A stretch of 64,000 nucleotides of DNA from Candidatus Kapaibacteriota bacterium (GTDB taxonomy: Bacteria > Bacteroidota > Ignavibacteria > OLB7). The stretch spans positions 496 through 64,495 of the forward strand of contig JBMDXA010000167.1 in assembly GCA_048594725.1 (NCBI GenBank), written 5' to 3'. This document shows, one piece after another, positions 21,577-30,301 of this stretch (position 1 is the stretch's first letter; the number at the start of each line of letters is the position of its first letter). A model generated the notes under the pieces. That model was not told the origin of the DNA. It worked only from the letters and a program-made list of their open reading frames with translations, and searched no databases. The translations under genes were made by a program, and so were the position numbers.

Positions 21577-22821
21577 ATGCGAATATTACACACCGCCGAC
21601 TGGCACCTCGGGCGTAAACTCGAAGGGCGCAGCCGGCACGATGAACAGCAGCAGGCATTGGATGATATCTGCCGCATCGCCGATGATGAGGGCATCGACG
21701 TGGTGCTGGTGGCCGGCGATATCTTCGACGCCTACAACCCTCCCGCCGAGTCCGAAGCGCTCTTCTACCGGACCATGATCCGCCTCTCCGATGGCGGGCG
21801 GCGGGGTGTGGTGATTATCGCCGGCAACCACGACAGCCCCGATCGTCTCATCGCCTCCGATCCCTATGCGCGTGCCCTCGGGATAACCACCATAGGCTAT
21901 CCAAAGGATATCCCCGCACTCTACGATAACGGCCACGACCGGGTGGCGTGCGTGGAGTCCGATCCATCCTTCATCCGCCTGCGGCTTCCCGCCTCCGGAC
22001 GGATTCTTACCCTCCTGGCGCTCCCGTATCCGTCGGAATCGCGGCTGCGAGAGCTTCTGACGGCCGATATAGAGGATGAGCGCCAGGCCACCATCGATTA
22101 CAACAGGCGGGTACGGCGGTTCATGGAGGAGGGGGAACGCCGCTTTCTCCCCGGCGAGGCCAATCTTGTTGCCAGCCACCTGTTCGTGGCCGGCGGGGCC
22201 GAATCCGAATCGGAACGCCCCATCCAGGTGGGGGGGCTCTATACGGTCGATCCTCTCAGCTTCCCTCCGGAGTCCTCGTATGTGGCGCTGGGACATCTCC
22301 ATCGTCCGCAGACGCTCCTTGGCCGGGATGAACTCCCGGTACGCTACTCCGGATCGATTCTTCAGTACAGTTTCAGCGAGGCGGAGCAGGAGAAATCGGT
22401 AACGGTGATAGAATGCGACGGCACCGGATGCACCCATCGCTCCATCCCGCTCGGCAGCGGGCGCATCCTCCGCCAATGGTCGGTGGATGGCCTGCCGGAA
22501 CTGGAATCCCGTCTTGCCGCCCTCCACGGTGATAACTGGCTCTCCATCACCGTAACGCTCGATGATCCCCTTCCCCCGGACTATATGGGAAATCTCCGCA
22601 AGGCCCATCCCGGCATCGTCTTCTGCAACAGCCGTTACCGGATCGAGCAGCAGGATGAAGCCGAAGCGGCGGTCGGCATAGCACACCTCCCGCTGGAGGA
22701 ACAGTTCCGCCGGTTCGTGGCATCACGGTTCAACGAGCCCTGCAACGATGCCGTGCTCCGGTTGTTTCTGGAACTTGCCGCCGGCGACCGGAGCGATGCC
22801 GGGTCCGGCACGAAACGCTGA
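21577..22821 (+). CDS. sbcD: Exonuclease SbcCD nuclease subunit SbcD (Mre11-like)
   Basis: Calcineurin-like phosphoesterase motifs 'ILHTADWHLG', 'VLVAGDIFD', 'IIAGNHD' and 'GHLH'. Confidence 0.9.
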   Translation: MRILHTADWHLGRKLEGRSRHDEQQQALDDICRIADDEGIDVVLVAGDIFDAYNPPAESEALFYRTMIRLSDGGRRGVVIIAGNHDSPDRLIASDPYARALGITTIGYPKDIPALYDNGHDRVACVESDPSFIRLRLPASGRILTLLALPYPSESRLRELLTADIEDERQATIDYNRRVRRFMEEGERRFLPGEANLVASHLFVAGGAESESERPIQVGGLYTVDPLSFPPESSYVALGHLHRPQTLLGRDELPVRYSGSILQYSFSEAEQEKSVTVIECDGTGCTHRSIPLGSGRILRQWSVDGLPELESRLAALHGDNWLSITVTLDDPLPPDYMGNLRKAHPGIVFCNSRYRIEQQDEAEAAVGIAHLPLEEQFRRFVASRFNEPCNDAVLRLFLELAAGDRSDAGSGTKR

Positions 22822-22911
22822 TCGTCGCCGTTCCCGGTCTATCTCTGTTCGCAGGTCTACGGAATCATCATTCTTACGGCCACTCACCCTCCCTCATGTA
22901 CCGCAGGTGTT

Positions 22912-25900
22912 ATGAAGCCTCTTCATCTTCAGATATCAGGACTCAACAGCTTCCGCGACCGGGTGTCGATCGATTTCGATCGCCTGCTGATCGGCGGGCT
23001 GTTCGGCATCTTCGGTCCTACCGGCAGCGGTAAATCGACCATCCTCGACGCCATGACCCTGGCCCTGTACGGAAAGGTGCGCCGTGCTCCGGGAGGAACC
23101 CAGGGGATCATCAACGTCAGGGAGCCGAACTGCACGGTCAACTTCACGTTCGAGATCGGGAGCAACGGGGGCCGTAACCGCTATACCATCGACCGGGTTC
23201 TGGGACGGAACAAGACCGGGGGGATAGAAACCAAGCGGATGCGGCTGCTGAAGTATACCGACGGGATTCCGGTGCCCATCGCCGAGAAGAAACAGGAGTT
23301 GAAGGAGAGCGTGCAGGATATCGTCGGGATCAACGTGGAGGATTTCCTTCGCGCCGTGGTCCTGCCGCAGGGAGCATTTGCCGAGTTCCTCGGACTGGAA
23401 ACCAGAGAGCGCGGGGCCGTGCTCCAGCGGTTGTTCGGCCTGCATGATCTCGGCGACCGGCTTACCTCCCTGCTTCGCGAGCGTGCCTCGGAGCTGGCGA
23501 GCGCCCGCGCCGAGGTGGAGGGGCAGTTGCAGCATCTGCGTGCCTATGATGATGCCGCCCTGGCTGCGGCCGGGGATGCGCTGGTGAGGGCAACCGAAGA
23601 GCAGCGTACCGCCCGTGCCCGTCTGGCCGAAGCGGAGGGGAGATACCGGGAGGCGGCCCAGCTCCGGGAATATCTGGAGGAATACCGGCTGCTGCTGGTG
23701 TCGGATGCCGACCGCAGCTCCCGCGCAGGGGAGCTGGAGGAGATGCAGCGGAGAATCGCGCTGGCGGAGCGGAGCAATGCCATTCTTCCCGCAATCGAGG
23801 CGTATCGCAATGCCCGGCTGCGCTACAAGGATGCGGAGCTGCGCCATGCGGAGGCCCTTGCCGCCAGAACCGCGGCGGAAGCCCGGCTTGCACCGGCTCG
23901 CGAGCGGCTGGATGGAGCATCGGCACTGTACGATTCCCGCTACGACGTGCTGGGTGCGGAACTGGAAGTGCTGGGCCGGGTACGGGAGGGCAAACAGGTT
24001 CTGCTGGAGAGCCGGGAACGATTACAGCGGATCGAGGCCGATCATGCCGCCGCCTGCGAGCGATGCGCGGAGATCGCCGTGCGCCGCGATAGCGCCGCTG
24101 CCATGCTGGAAGAGGTGGAGCAACGGCTCGCCGCCGCCGAGCGGGAACTGGCGGCACAGAATGTTTCCAGCGGCGAGCGCCAGCTTATCGGCGAATTGAA
24201 TCTGCTGATCCGCGAGATACGACGGTTCGATGAGGAGATAGCCGGTAAGGAATCGGAGATCCGGTCGTTATCGGAAGAGCGTGAAGGGCTTGCCGCTGCC
24301 GTGCGCGATGCCCGGGAGCAGGAGGAGGAGGCCGGTTCGGCTGCCGGGCGCCTGGCCGCCGAACGTGATCTTCTGAAAGGGGAACTGGAGCATACGCACG
24401 CCGCACGTGAAACGCTCCGGGAACGTTCCGCAATCCTGCATCATGGACTGGCCGAGCTTGAAGGGTTCGAGCGCGAGGCCGGCAATCTTCGCACGACCCT
24501 GGCGAAAAAAGGCTCCGATGCGGATGGTGCCCGCAGAACGCTCCAGGAACTGGATGTCCGCCTGAAGGAATCCACATCCTATGAATCGCTGCTGTGGGGG
24601 GAGCGCGAGGCCGTGGCGGCGCTTCGGGAGGATGCGCGCCAGCGCCTGGCCCTTGCCTCGATGCTGGAGCATCTCCATGATGGCGATCGCTGCCCGCTCT
24701 GCGGTTCCTTCGATCATCCCGATCCGTACGATGGAGGGGACGGCGAGGCCGCGGAGCTTGCCCAGCTGGACCGCGAACTGGCCCGTCTGGATGGAAAAGT
24801 GCGCGAATCGCAGGAGCGTGTCCGCGATGTCCAGCAGTCGATAGCGATTGCGGCAACCGGGTTGGAGGGGGCGGAGCTGGCGCTGGAGGGGGCTCGCGAG
24901 CAGCTAGCGGGAACTGAAGCCGCTGCCGCCGCCGTGCTTCAGACATTGATCGACTCCCCTCTTTCCGGTATCGCCGGATTGCGGGAGCTGATAGCCTCCC
25001 TGGCCGAGCAGGATCTGGAGATGAAGGGGAGGATCGAGCGCTCCGGAATCCGTCTTGCCGAACTGGAGGATGATCTGGCCGCCGCCCGGTCGCGTGCCCT
25101 TGACGCCGCCGGAATTCGTACACGGGCCGAGGCCGATCTTGCCGTCCGGGAGGGACTGCTGGGCGATCTCCGCGGGAAATTTAGTGAACTGAACGCTTCT
25201 CTGGCCGCCGAACGCCATGCGTTCGAAACCCGCTCGGCCGGACGCCGGATGGAGGATCTGGGAGAGGAGCTTCAGGCGATGCAGCAGCGCGACCGCCGGG
25301 CGGAGGAGCTGCGCGCGCAGATAGAGACCGAACGCGCTCTGGCGCAGCGCGAACGGGAACGCCTTACCGCGCTCGACCGCCAGGTACGCGAGCAGGAGGG
25401 AACACGCGATCGTGCCGAGGGGGAACGCCGCAGCCTGGAGGCGGAGATCAGCCGGATGCGCTCGGAGCTTTCCGGGAAACTGGATGCCGTGCTGGCCGAA
25501 GCCGAACGCGGAACGCCGGTGGAGAAGCTGATCGGCCTGCGCCAGCAGGAGCGGCTGCAGGTGCAGCGCCAGCGTGATGACGCCCGGAAGATCTACGAGG
25601 AGGCCGTGCTGGCGGGGGTGGCGGCAACGGAGAGGGTTGACAATCTATGGAAGGATTTCTGCCGCGAGGAGAAGGCGTGCGATGAGGCCGGGGAGAGATC
25701 GCGCGATCTCATCAGCGGGGGAGGATTTGCCTCGGCCGATGAAGTGGAAGCCTCCGCGCTTCCCCGCGAAGAGCTGGACCGGCTTCGTAGCGATGCTGCC
25801 AGGGCAGGCAAGGAGCTGGATGAGGCCCGCCGCCGCCTGGAAGAGCTGCGGGAGAATATCGCCGGCAGGGAAATTTCCTCTGCGGAGCTGTCGGGGCTCG

Positions 25901-26547
25901 GCGAGGAACTGGAACGCTCACGGGCAGCCGATGAGGAAGGGATGAAGGGGCTTGGCGGCGCACAGGAGCGCCTGCGCGAATGCCGCGAGAAGAACGCCGA
26001 GTGGAACCGGGTGCGGATGCAGGATGTGGCGGGGGCCGAAAATGCTGCCACCGCCGACCAGCTTATGAAGTACCTGCGGGGCAATGGCTTCGTCGATTTT
26101 CTCGCCAACGAGCGCCTCTCGGAGATCTGCCGCCGGGCAACGCTCCAGCTGCGGAGTCTTACCGTGGGCCGCCTGGAGATAGGTGCCAGACCGAAAGATG
26201 GATTCTTCATCCGCGATAACGGGAACGGAGCGATCGAACGCTCCCCAAGTTCCCTCTCCGGAGGAGAGACCTTCCTCGTCTCCCTGTCGCTTGCCCTTGC
26301 GCTCTCCGAGACCATCCAGCTTGGGCGCTCGCCGCTGGAATTCTTCTTCCTGGACGAAGGGTTCGGCACGCTGGACAACGATCTGCTGGAAACGGTGATG
26401 AGCTCCCTGGAACGGCTCCGCTCGGAGCATCGCGCCATCGGCGTCATCTCGCATGTGGCACAGCTTCGCGAGCGTATCCCCAGGCGCCTGATCGTCACCC
26501 CCCCCTCGGAACAGGGGGGCTCCACGATCCGCTACGAGGTGGCGTAG
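22912..26547 (+). CDS. sbcC: Exonuclease SbcCD ATPase subunit SbcC (Rad50-like)
   Basis: Walker A 'GPTGSGKSTILDA', very long Ala/Glu/Arg/Leu coiled-coil, central zinc hook 'CPLCGS', C-terminal ABC signature 'LSGGETFLVSLSLALAL' and Walker B 'FFLDEGFGTLD'. Confidence 0.9.
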   Translation: MKPLHLQISGLNSFRDRVSIDFDRLLIGGLFGIFGPTGSGKSTILDAMTLALYGKVRRAPGGTQGIINVREPNCTVNFTFEIGSNGGRNRYTIDRVLGRNKTGGIETKRMRLLKYTDGIPVPIAEKKQELKESVQDIVGINVEDFLRAVVLPQGAFAEFLGLETRERGAVLQRLFGLHDLGDRLTSLLRERASELASARAEVEGQLQHLRAYDDAALAAAGDALVRATEEQRTARARLAEAEGRYREAAQLREYLEEYRLLLVSDADRSSRAGELEEMQRRIALAERSNAILPAIEAYRNARLRYKDAELRHAEALAARTAAEARLAPARERLDGASALYDSRYDVLGAELEVLGRVREGKQVLLESRERLQRIEADHAAACERCAEIAVRRDSAAAMLEEVEQRLAAAERELAAQNVSSGERQLIGELNLLIREIRRFDEEIAGKESEIRSLSEEREGLAAAVRDAREQEEEAGSAAGRLAAERDLLKGELEHTHAARETLRERSAILHHGLAELEGFEREAGNLRTTLAKKGSDADGARRTLQELDVRLKESTSYESLLWGEREAVAALREDARQRLALASMLEHLHDGDRCPLCGSFDHPDPYDGGDGEAAELAQLDRELARLDGKVRESQERVRDVQQSIAIAATGLEGAELALEGAREQLAGTEAAAAAVLQTLIDSPLSGIAGLRELIASLAEQDLEMKGRIERSGIRLAELEDDLAAARSRALDAAGIRTRAEADLAVREGLLGDLRGKFSELNASLAAERHAFETRSAGRRMEDLGEELQAMQQRDRRAEELRAQIETERALAQRERERLTALDRQVREQEGTRDRAEGERRSLEAEISRMRSELSGKLDAVLAEAERGTPVEKLIGLRQQERLQVQRQRDDARKIYEEAVLAGVAATERVDNLWKDFCREEKACDEAGERSRDLISGGGFASADEVEASALPREELDRLRSDAARAGKELDEARRRLEELRENIAGREISSAELSGLGEELERSRAADEEGMKGLGGAQERLRECREKNAEWNRVRMQDVAGAENAATADQLMKYLRGNGFVDFLANERLSEICRRATLQLRSLTVGRLEIGARPKDGFFIRDNGNGAIERSPSSLSGGETFLVSLSLALALSETIQLGRSPLEFFFLDEGFGTLDNDLLETVMSSLERLRSEHRAIGVISHVAQLRERIPRRLIVTPPSEQGGSTIRYEVA

Positions 26548-26609
26548 CCGGCGAACGAGTTCCGGAGCAGACATCGATCCTCTTTATCATATCCGTCAAC
26601 GAAGATTCA

Positions 26610-27347
26610 ATGCCCATAACCGTAGTCACGATAGATTTCTGGAATACTCTCTTCGATTCGGCCGGCGGAGCACACCGGAATACGGCACGCCTGGACGCGC
26701 TCAGGGAGGCGATCGGGGGAGCGGGATTGTCCTGCGAGGAGTCGCTTCTGGAGGAATCGTACAAGTCCATCTGGGAATATTTCGACGATCACTGGCTCAA
26801 CCGGCAGCGCACCCCCACTTCCGAGGAGATGGTGCGGGAGATCTGCAGCCGTGCGCAGGTGGCGCTGGATGAGAAGAGCGTGCTGGATGTGGCCGATAGG
26901 TTTGCCCGTGGCGTGCTCGAACATCCCCCGGCGCTCCTTCCCGGCGTGGCCGAGGGGCTGGAGTATCTGGCCGGACGCGCCGATCTGGCCCTGATTTCCG
27001 ATACGGCCTTCTCTCCCGGTTCCATTCTCCGGGAATTGATGGAGTCGGCCGGTATCGCGCGCTACTTTGGTGCCTATATCTTCAGCGATGAGACAGGGGT
27101 GGCGAAACCGCATCCCGATGCATTTCGCCTTGCCCTGGAGCCGTTCGGGGGCAGGCCGGAGGGGGCGGTGCATATCGGTGATATCGAGCGAACCGATATC
27201 CGTGGCGCCAAGGCTGCGGGCATGAAGGCCATCCTCTATCAGGGGGATGATCAGCCGCACAAGTATGCCGAGGAGGCAACCGCCGCCGATGCCACCATGG
27301 TGCACTGGCGCCAGATCGGTACTCTGTTCGAAATGCTGGACCGGTAG
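26610..27347 (+). CDS. HAD-superfamily hydrolase (haloacid-dehalogenase-like subfamily)
   Basis: Motif I 'VTIDFWNTLF' (D-x-[WY]-x-T type), motif III/IV 'GVAKPHPDAF ... HIGDIERTDIRGAKAAGM'. Confidence 0.8.
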   Translation: MPITVVTIDFWNTLFDSAGGAHRNTARLDALREAIGGAGLSCEESLLEESYKSIWEYFDDHWLNRQRTPTSEEMVREICSRAQVALDEKSVLDVADRFARGVLEHPPALLPGVAEGLEYLAGRADLALISDTAFSPGSILRELMESAGIARYFGAYIFSDETGVAKPHPDAFRLALEPFGGRPEGAVHIGDIERTDIRGAKAAGMKAILYQGDDQPHKYAEEATAADATMVHWRQIGTLFEMLDR

Positions 27348-27411
27348 AGCAATGCTTCCGGCCCGGTACACCACAACGTTGAAGCCATAACCATCCGGTA
27401 CGGATGCGTAT

Positions 27412-27452
27412 GAGAACGGCAGCCATGATTTCGCATGGCTGCTGCCGTTTAT
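27412..27452 (+). terminator. Putative terminator after the HAD hydrolase gene
   Basis: AACGGCAGCCATG-atttcg-CATGGCTGCTGCCGTT imperfect long hairpin followed by TAT-rich sequence. Confidence 0.4.
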
Positions 27453-27509
27453 AGAGAGCCGACCGAAAACGATACCATTTACTTTATTCCATAGTCCGCG
27501 GGTATTGCT

Positions 27510-30206
27510 ATGCTGAACCGCTTTTATCATGCAACGATTCTGGCCTGCTTCCTTCTGGCTCCCCTGGCAGGAGTGCAGGCGCAGCAGGGACTGCGATTGA
27601 TTCGCCCGAACGGCGGCGAGACGTTGAACGTTGGGACCAGCGCTCTGATTACATGGGAGGGAATGCCATCGAATACTCCGGTTTCATTGCACTATAGCCC
27701 CAACGGCGGCGCCAACTGGGTGCTGATCGCCAACACGGTGGAGGGGGGACAGTATGCATGGGATGTGCCCAACATGCCCAGCACCCAGTGCCTGGTTCGC
27801 GTGCGATTCAATGCCGAAGAGACCATTACGACGACGAAAGTGCATAACGGCGAGGTGAACGGGGCGGTCTATAATACCAGTGGAACGCAGTTCGTTACCG
27901 CCGGGGGCGACAACCTCGCCAAGATCTGGACCTCCACCGGAGAGCTTGTGCATTCCCTGAAGGGGCATAGCGATGCGGTGAACTGGGCCACGTTCAGCCC
28001 GGATGGATCGCTCGTGGCAACGGCAAGCGACGATCATACCGCAAGAATCTGGAATGCCTCCACCGGCTCGTTGCTGCATACGCTGGGTGATAGCGTCGCC
28101 ATCCGCTCGGTGGCGTTCAGTCCCGATGGAAGCCAGGTGATAACCGCGGGCGAGGACGGCATCGCCAAGATCTGGAACGCAAGCACCGGAGGGCGCCTCC
28201 AGGTGCTGAACGGCCATACCGGTGCGCTCAATGGGGTATCGTACAGCCCCGATGGTAGGCTGATCGTCACTGCAAGTGCCGATAACACCGCGAAGATCTG
28301 GAATGCGGAGACCGGTATTCTTCTCCATACCCTGACTGGCCACACCGATCAGGTCAACTCGGCCCGTTTCAGCCCCGATGGGAATCTTCTGGTGACCGCG
28401 AGCCGGGATAAGAGCGCACGAGTCTGGAGTGTGGTTCAGGGTGTGTACCTGAACACGCTTGGCGGCGGTACTCATCCCGACTGGGTATGGAACGCCTCCT
28501 TCAGTCCGGACGGGAGCCAGATCGTGACGGCCTGCGGTGATGGAAAAATGAGGTTGTATACCACCGGAACCATGCACCTGCATACGTTCGCCGGTCATAC
28601 CGGTGATGTGAAATCTGCGGAATTCAACCGGTCGGGGAACCGGATCATCACCGCCGGGCAGGATACCTACGTGAGAGTCTGGGATATCAAGTCGACCGAT
28701 CAGGAGGATATCTCCGATACGGTATTCACCATCTTCCGTCCTCCGCTGCGAGTTCTCAAACCGAATGGAGGGGAGGGACTGGTGCCGGGGACCACCTCGA
28801 TCATCGAGTGGGAGGGAACCGCTGTCGCCGAGCCGGTGACGCTCCAGTACAGCACCAACAACGGGGCGCAGTGGAACAGCGTTGCCGAGGCGGCGGTGGG
28901 ATTGGGATATGCATGGCGTGTCCCCAGCACCATCAGCAATTCCTGTCTGATGCGTGTTGCCACGGGGGTGAAGCCTATCTCGACCGTGCTTTCGTTCGAG
29001 GCGCACCAGGCCTGGATCAACGCCGCGGCCTTCAGCAAGGATGGAGAACGGTTCGCCACCGCAAGCGACGATGCCACCGCCAGAGTCTGGTCCACCGATG
29101 ACGGCGCCTTTCTCTTTTCTCTGGCCGGCCACACCGACGATGTCTGGTGGGCGGCATTCAGCTATGATGGGGCCTTTATCGCCACGGCCAGCGCCGATCG
29201 TAACGTCAAGATCTGGAACGCTGCCAATGGGCAGCTGATACGCACCCTTACCGGCCATACCAGCGGCGTGGAGTATGTGGAATTCAGCCCCGATGGAAGG
29301 CTGCTGGCAACGGCAAGCGAGGATCGTACGGTGAAGATCTGGGACGTGAGCGATGGCTCGGTGGTGAGAACGATTTCCGGCCACAGCAATGGCGTGTATG
29401 CGGTGACGTTCAGCCCGGACGGCAGCCTGATTGCCACGGCAAGCAGAGATAAGACCGTGAAGCTCTGGAACGCCGAAACCGGAGCTCTGATCCGCATCTT
29501 CGGCAGGCATACCGATCAGGTCCATTCCGTCCGCTTCAGCCCCGATGGGAAACGCCTGGTCACCGGATCACGGGACAATACCGCTAAAGTCTGGGATCTG
29601 GAGACCGGAGAGGAGTATTTCACCATGACCGGACATACGGATTGGATCTGGCGGGTGTCCTATAATCCCAGCCAGACCTTGATAGCAACGGCCGGCCGGG
29701 ATGGCACCGCCAGATTGTGGAATGCCACGACGGGCGAGCTTCTGCAGACGTTGCGCGGGCATACATCCGATGTGGGGGCTGCGGAATTCAATGCCGACGG
29801 CTCCCTGCTGCTTACCGCCGCCAACGATAAATACGCGAAAGTCTGGGGCATTCTGAACGATTTCCGGGAAAGCGATGTCTCCGACGCTCTCTGGTCTATC
29901 GTTCCTCCTGCTTCGGTGCGCACCGGGGAAGGTGATGAGTTGGCCGGCACTGGTCTGTACCAGAATCATCCCAACCCGGTGCGGGGCATTACCTCGATAG
30001 GATATGATGTGACGATGGCCGGCGGGGTGGAACTGGTGGTTACCAGCGCTCTGGGCGAGCGCATCGCAACGCTGGTAGGAGAGGAACAGGAGGCCGGCCA
30101 CCATACCGTCCGGTTCGATGCCACCGATGTTCCGTCGGGCATCTACTTCTATACGCTGAGCACCCCATCCGGCCGGACAACCAGACGGATGGTTGTGGAG
30201 CATTGA
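27510..30206 (+). CDS. Secreted double WD40 beta-propeller protein with Por/T9SS C-terminal sorting domain
   Basis: Signal peptide, then an internal duplication. Each half is an ~75-aa beta-sandwich module ('LRLIRPNGGETLNVGTSALITWEG...' / 'LRVLKPNGGEGLVPGTTSIIEWEG...') followed by 7 WD40 repeats ('GH...V....FSPDG..l.TAS.D.TA.IWN'). The C-terminal ~80 aa '...GIYFYTLSTPSGRTTRRMVVEH' match the T9SS CTD. Confidence 0.85.
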   Translation: MLNRFYHATILACFLLAPLAGVQAQQGLRLIRPNGGETLNVGTSALITWEGMPSNTPVSLHYSPNGGANWVLIANTVEGGQYAWDVPNMPSTQCLVRVRFNAEETITTTKVHNGEVNGAVYNTSGTQFVTAGGDNLAKIWTSTGELVHSLKGHSDAVNWATFSPDGSLVATASDDHTARIWNASTGSLLHTLGDSVAIRSVAFSPDGSQVITAGEDGIAKIWNASTGGRLQVLNGHTGALNGVSYSPDGRLIVTASADNTAKIWNAETGILLHTLTGHTDQVNSARFSPDGNLLVTASRDKSARVWSVVQGVYLNTLGGGTHPDWVWNASFSPDGSQIVTACGDGKMRLYTTGTMHLHTFAGHTGDVKSAEFNRSGNRIITAGQDTYVRVWDIKSTDQEDISDTVFTIFRPPLRVLKPNGGEGLVPGTTSIIEWEGTAVAEPVTLQYSTNNGAQWNSVAEAAVGLGYAWRVPSTISNSCLMRVATGVKPISTVLSFEAHQAWINAAAFSKDGERFATASDDATARVWSTDDGAFLFSLAGHTDDVWWAAFSYDGAFIATASADRNVKIWNAANGQLIRTLTGHTSGVEYVEFSPDGRLLATASEDRTVKIWDVSDGSVVRTISGHSNGVYAVTFSPDGSLIATASRDKTVKLWNAETGALIRIFGRHTDQVHSVRFSPDGKRLVTGSRDNTAKVWDLETGEEYFTMTGHTDWIWRVSYNPSQTLIATAGRDGTARLWNATTGELLQTLRGHTSDVGAAEFNADGSLLLTAANDKYAKVWGILNDFRESDVSDALWSIVPPASVRTGEGDELAGTGLYQNHPNPVRGITSIGYDVTMAGGVELVVTSALGERIATLVGEEQEAGHHTVRFDATDVPSGIYFYTLSTPSGRTTRRMVVEH

Positions 30207-30244
30207 TACACCGGGGCCGCCGGCGGAAGTCTGGAATACACGAA

Positions 30245-30275
30245 GGGGATGGCCTGTACGGCCATCCCCTTTTCA
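30245..30275. terminator. Bidirectional rho-independent terminator between convergent T9SS cargo genes
   Basis: Perfect 10-bp stem GGGGATGGCC-tgtac-GGCCATCCCC, flanked by an A-tract upstream and TTTTCA downstream. Confidence 0.65.
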
Positions 30276-30301
30276 TTGATGATTATCCTGCCGGATACGC
30301 C

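Noticed and set aside
21577-26547. SbcCD considered as a possible defence-island marker
   Set aside because: Canonical sbcD-sbcC housekeeping pair, with the Rad50 zinc hook CPLCGS. No adjacent defence-type genes; the neighbours are the SPOR-domain protein gene upstream and the HAD hydrolase plus WD40 T9SS cargo genes downstream.
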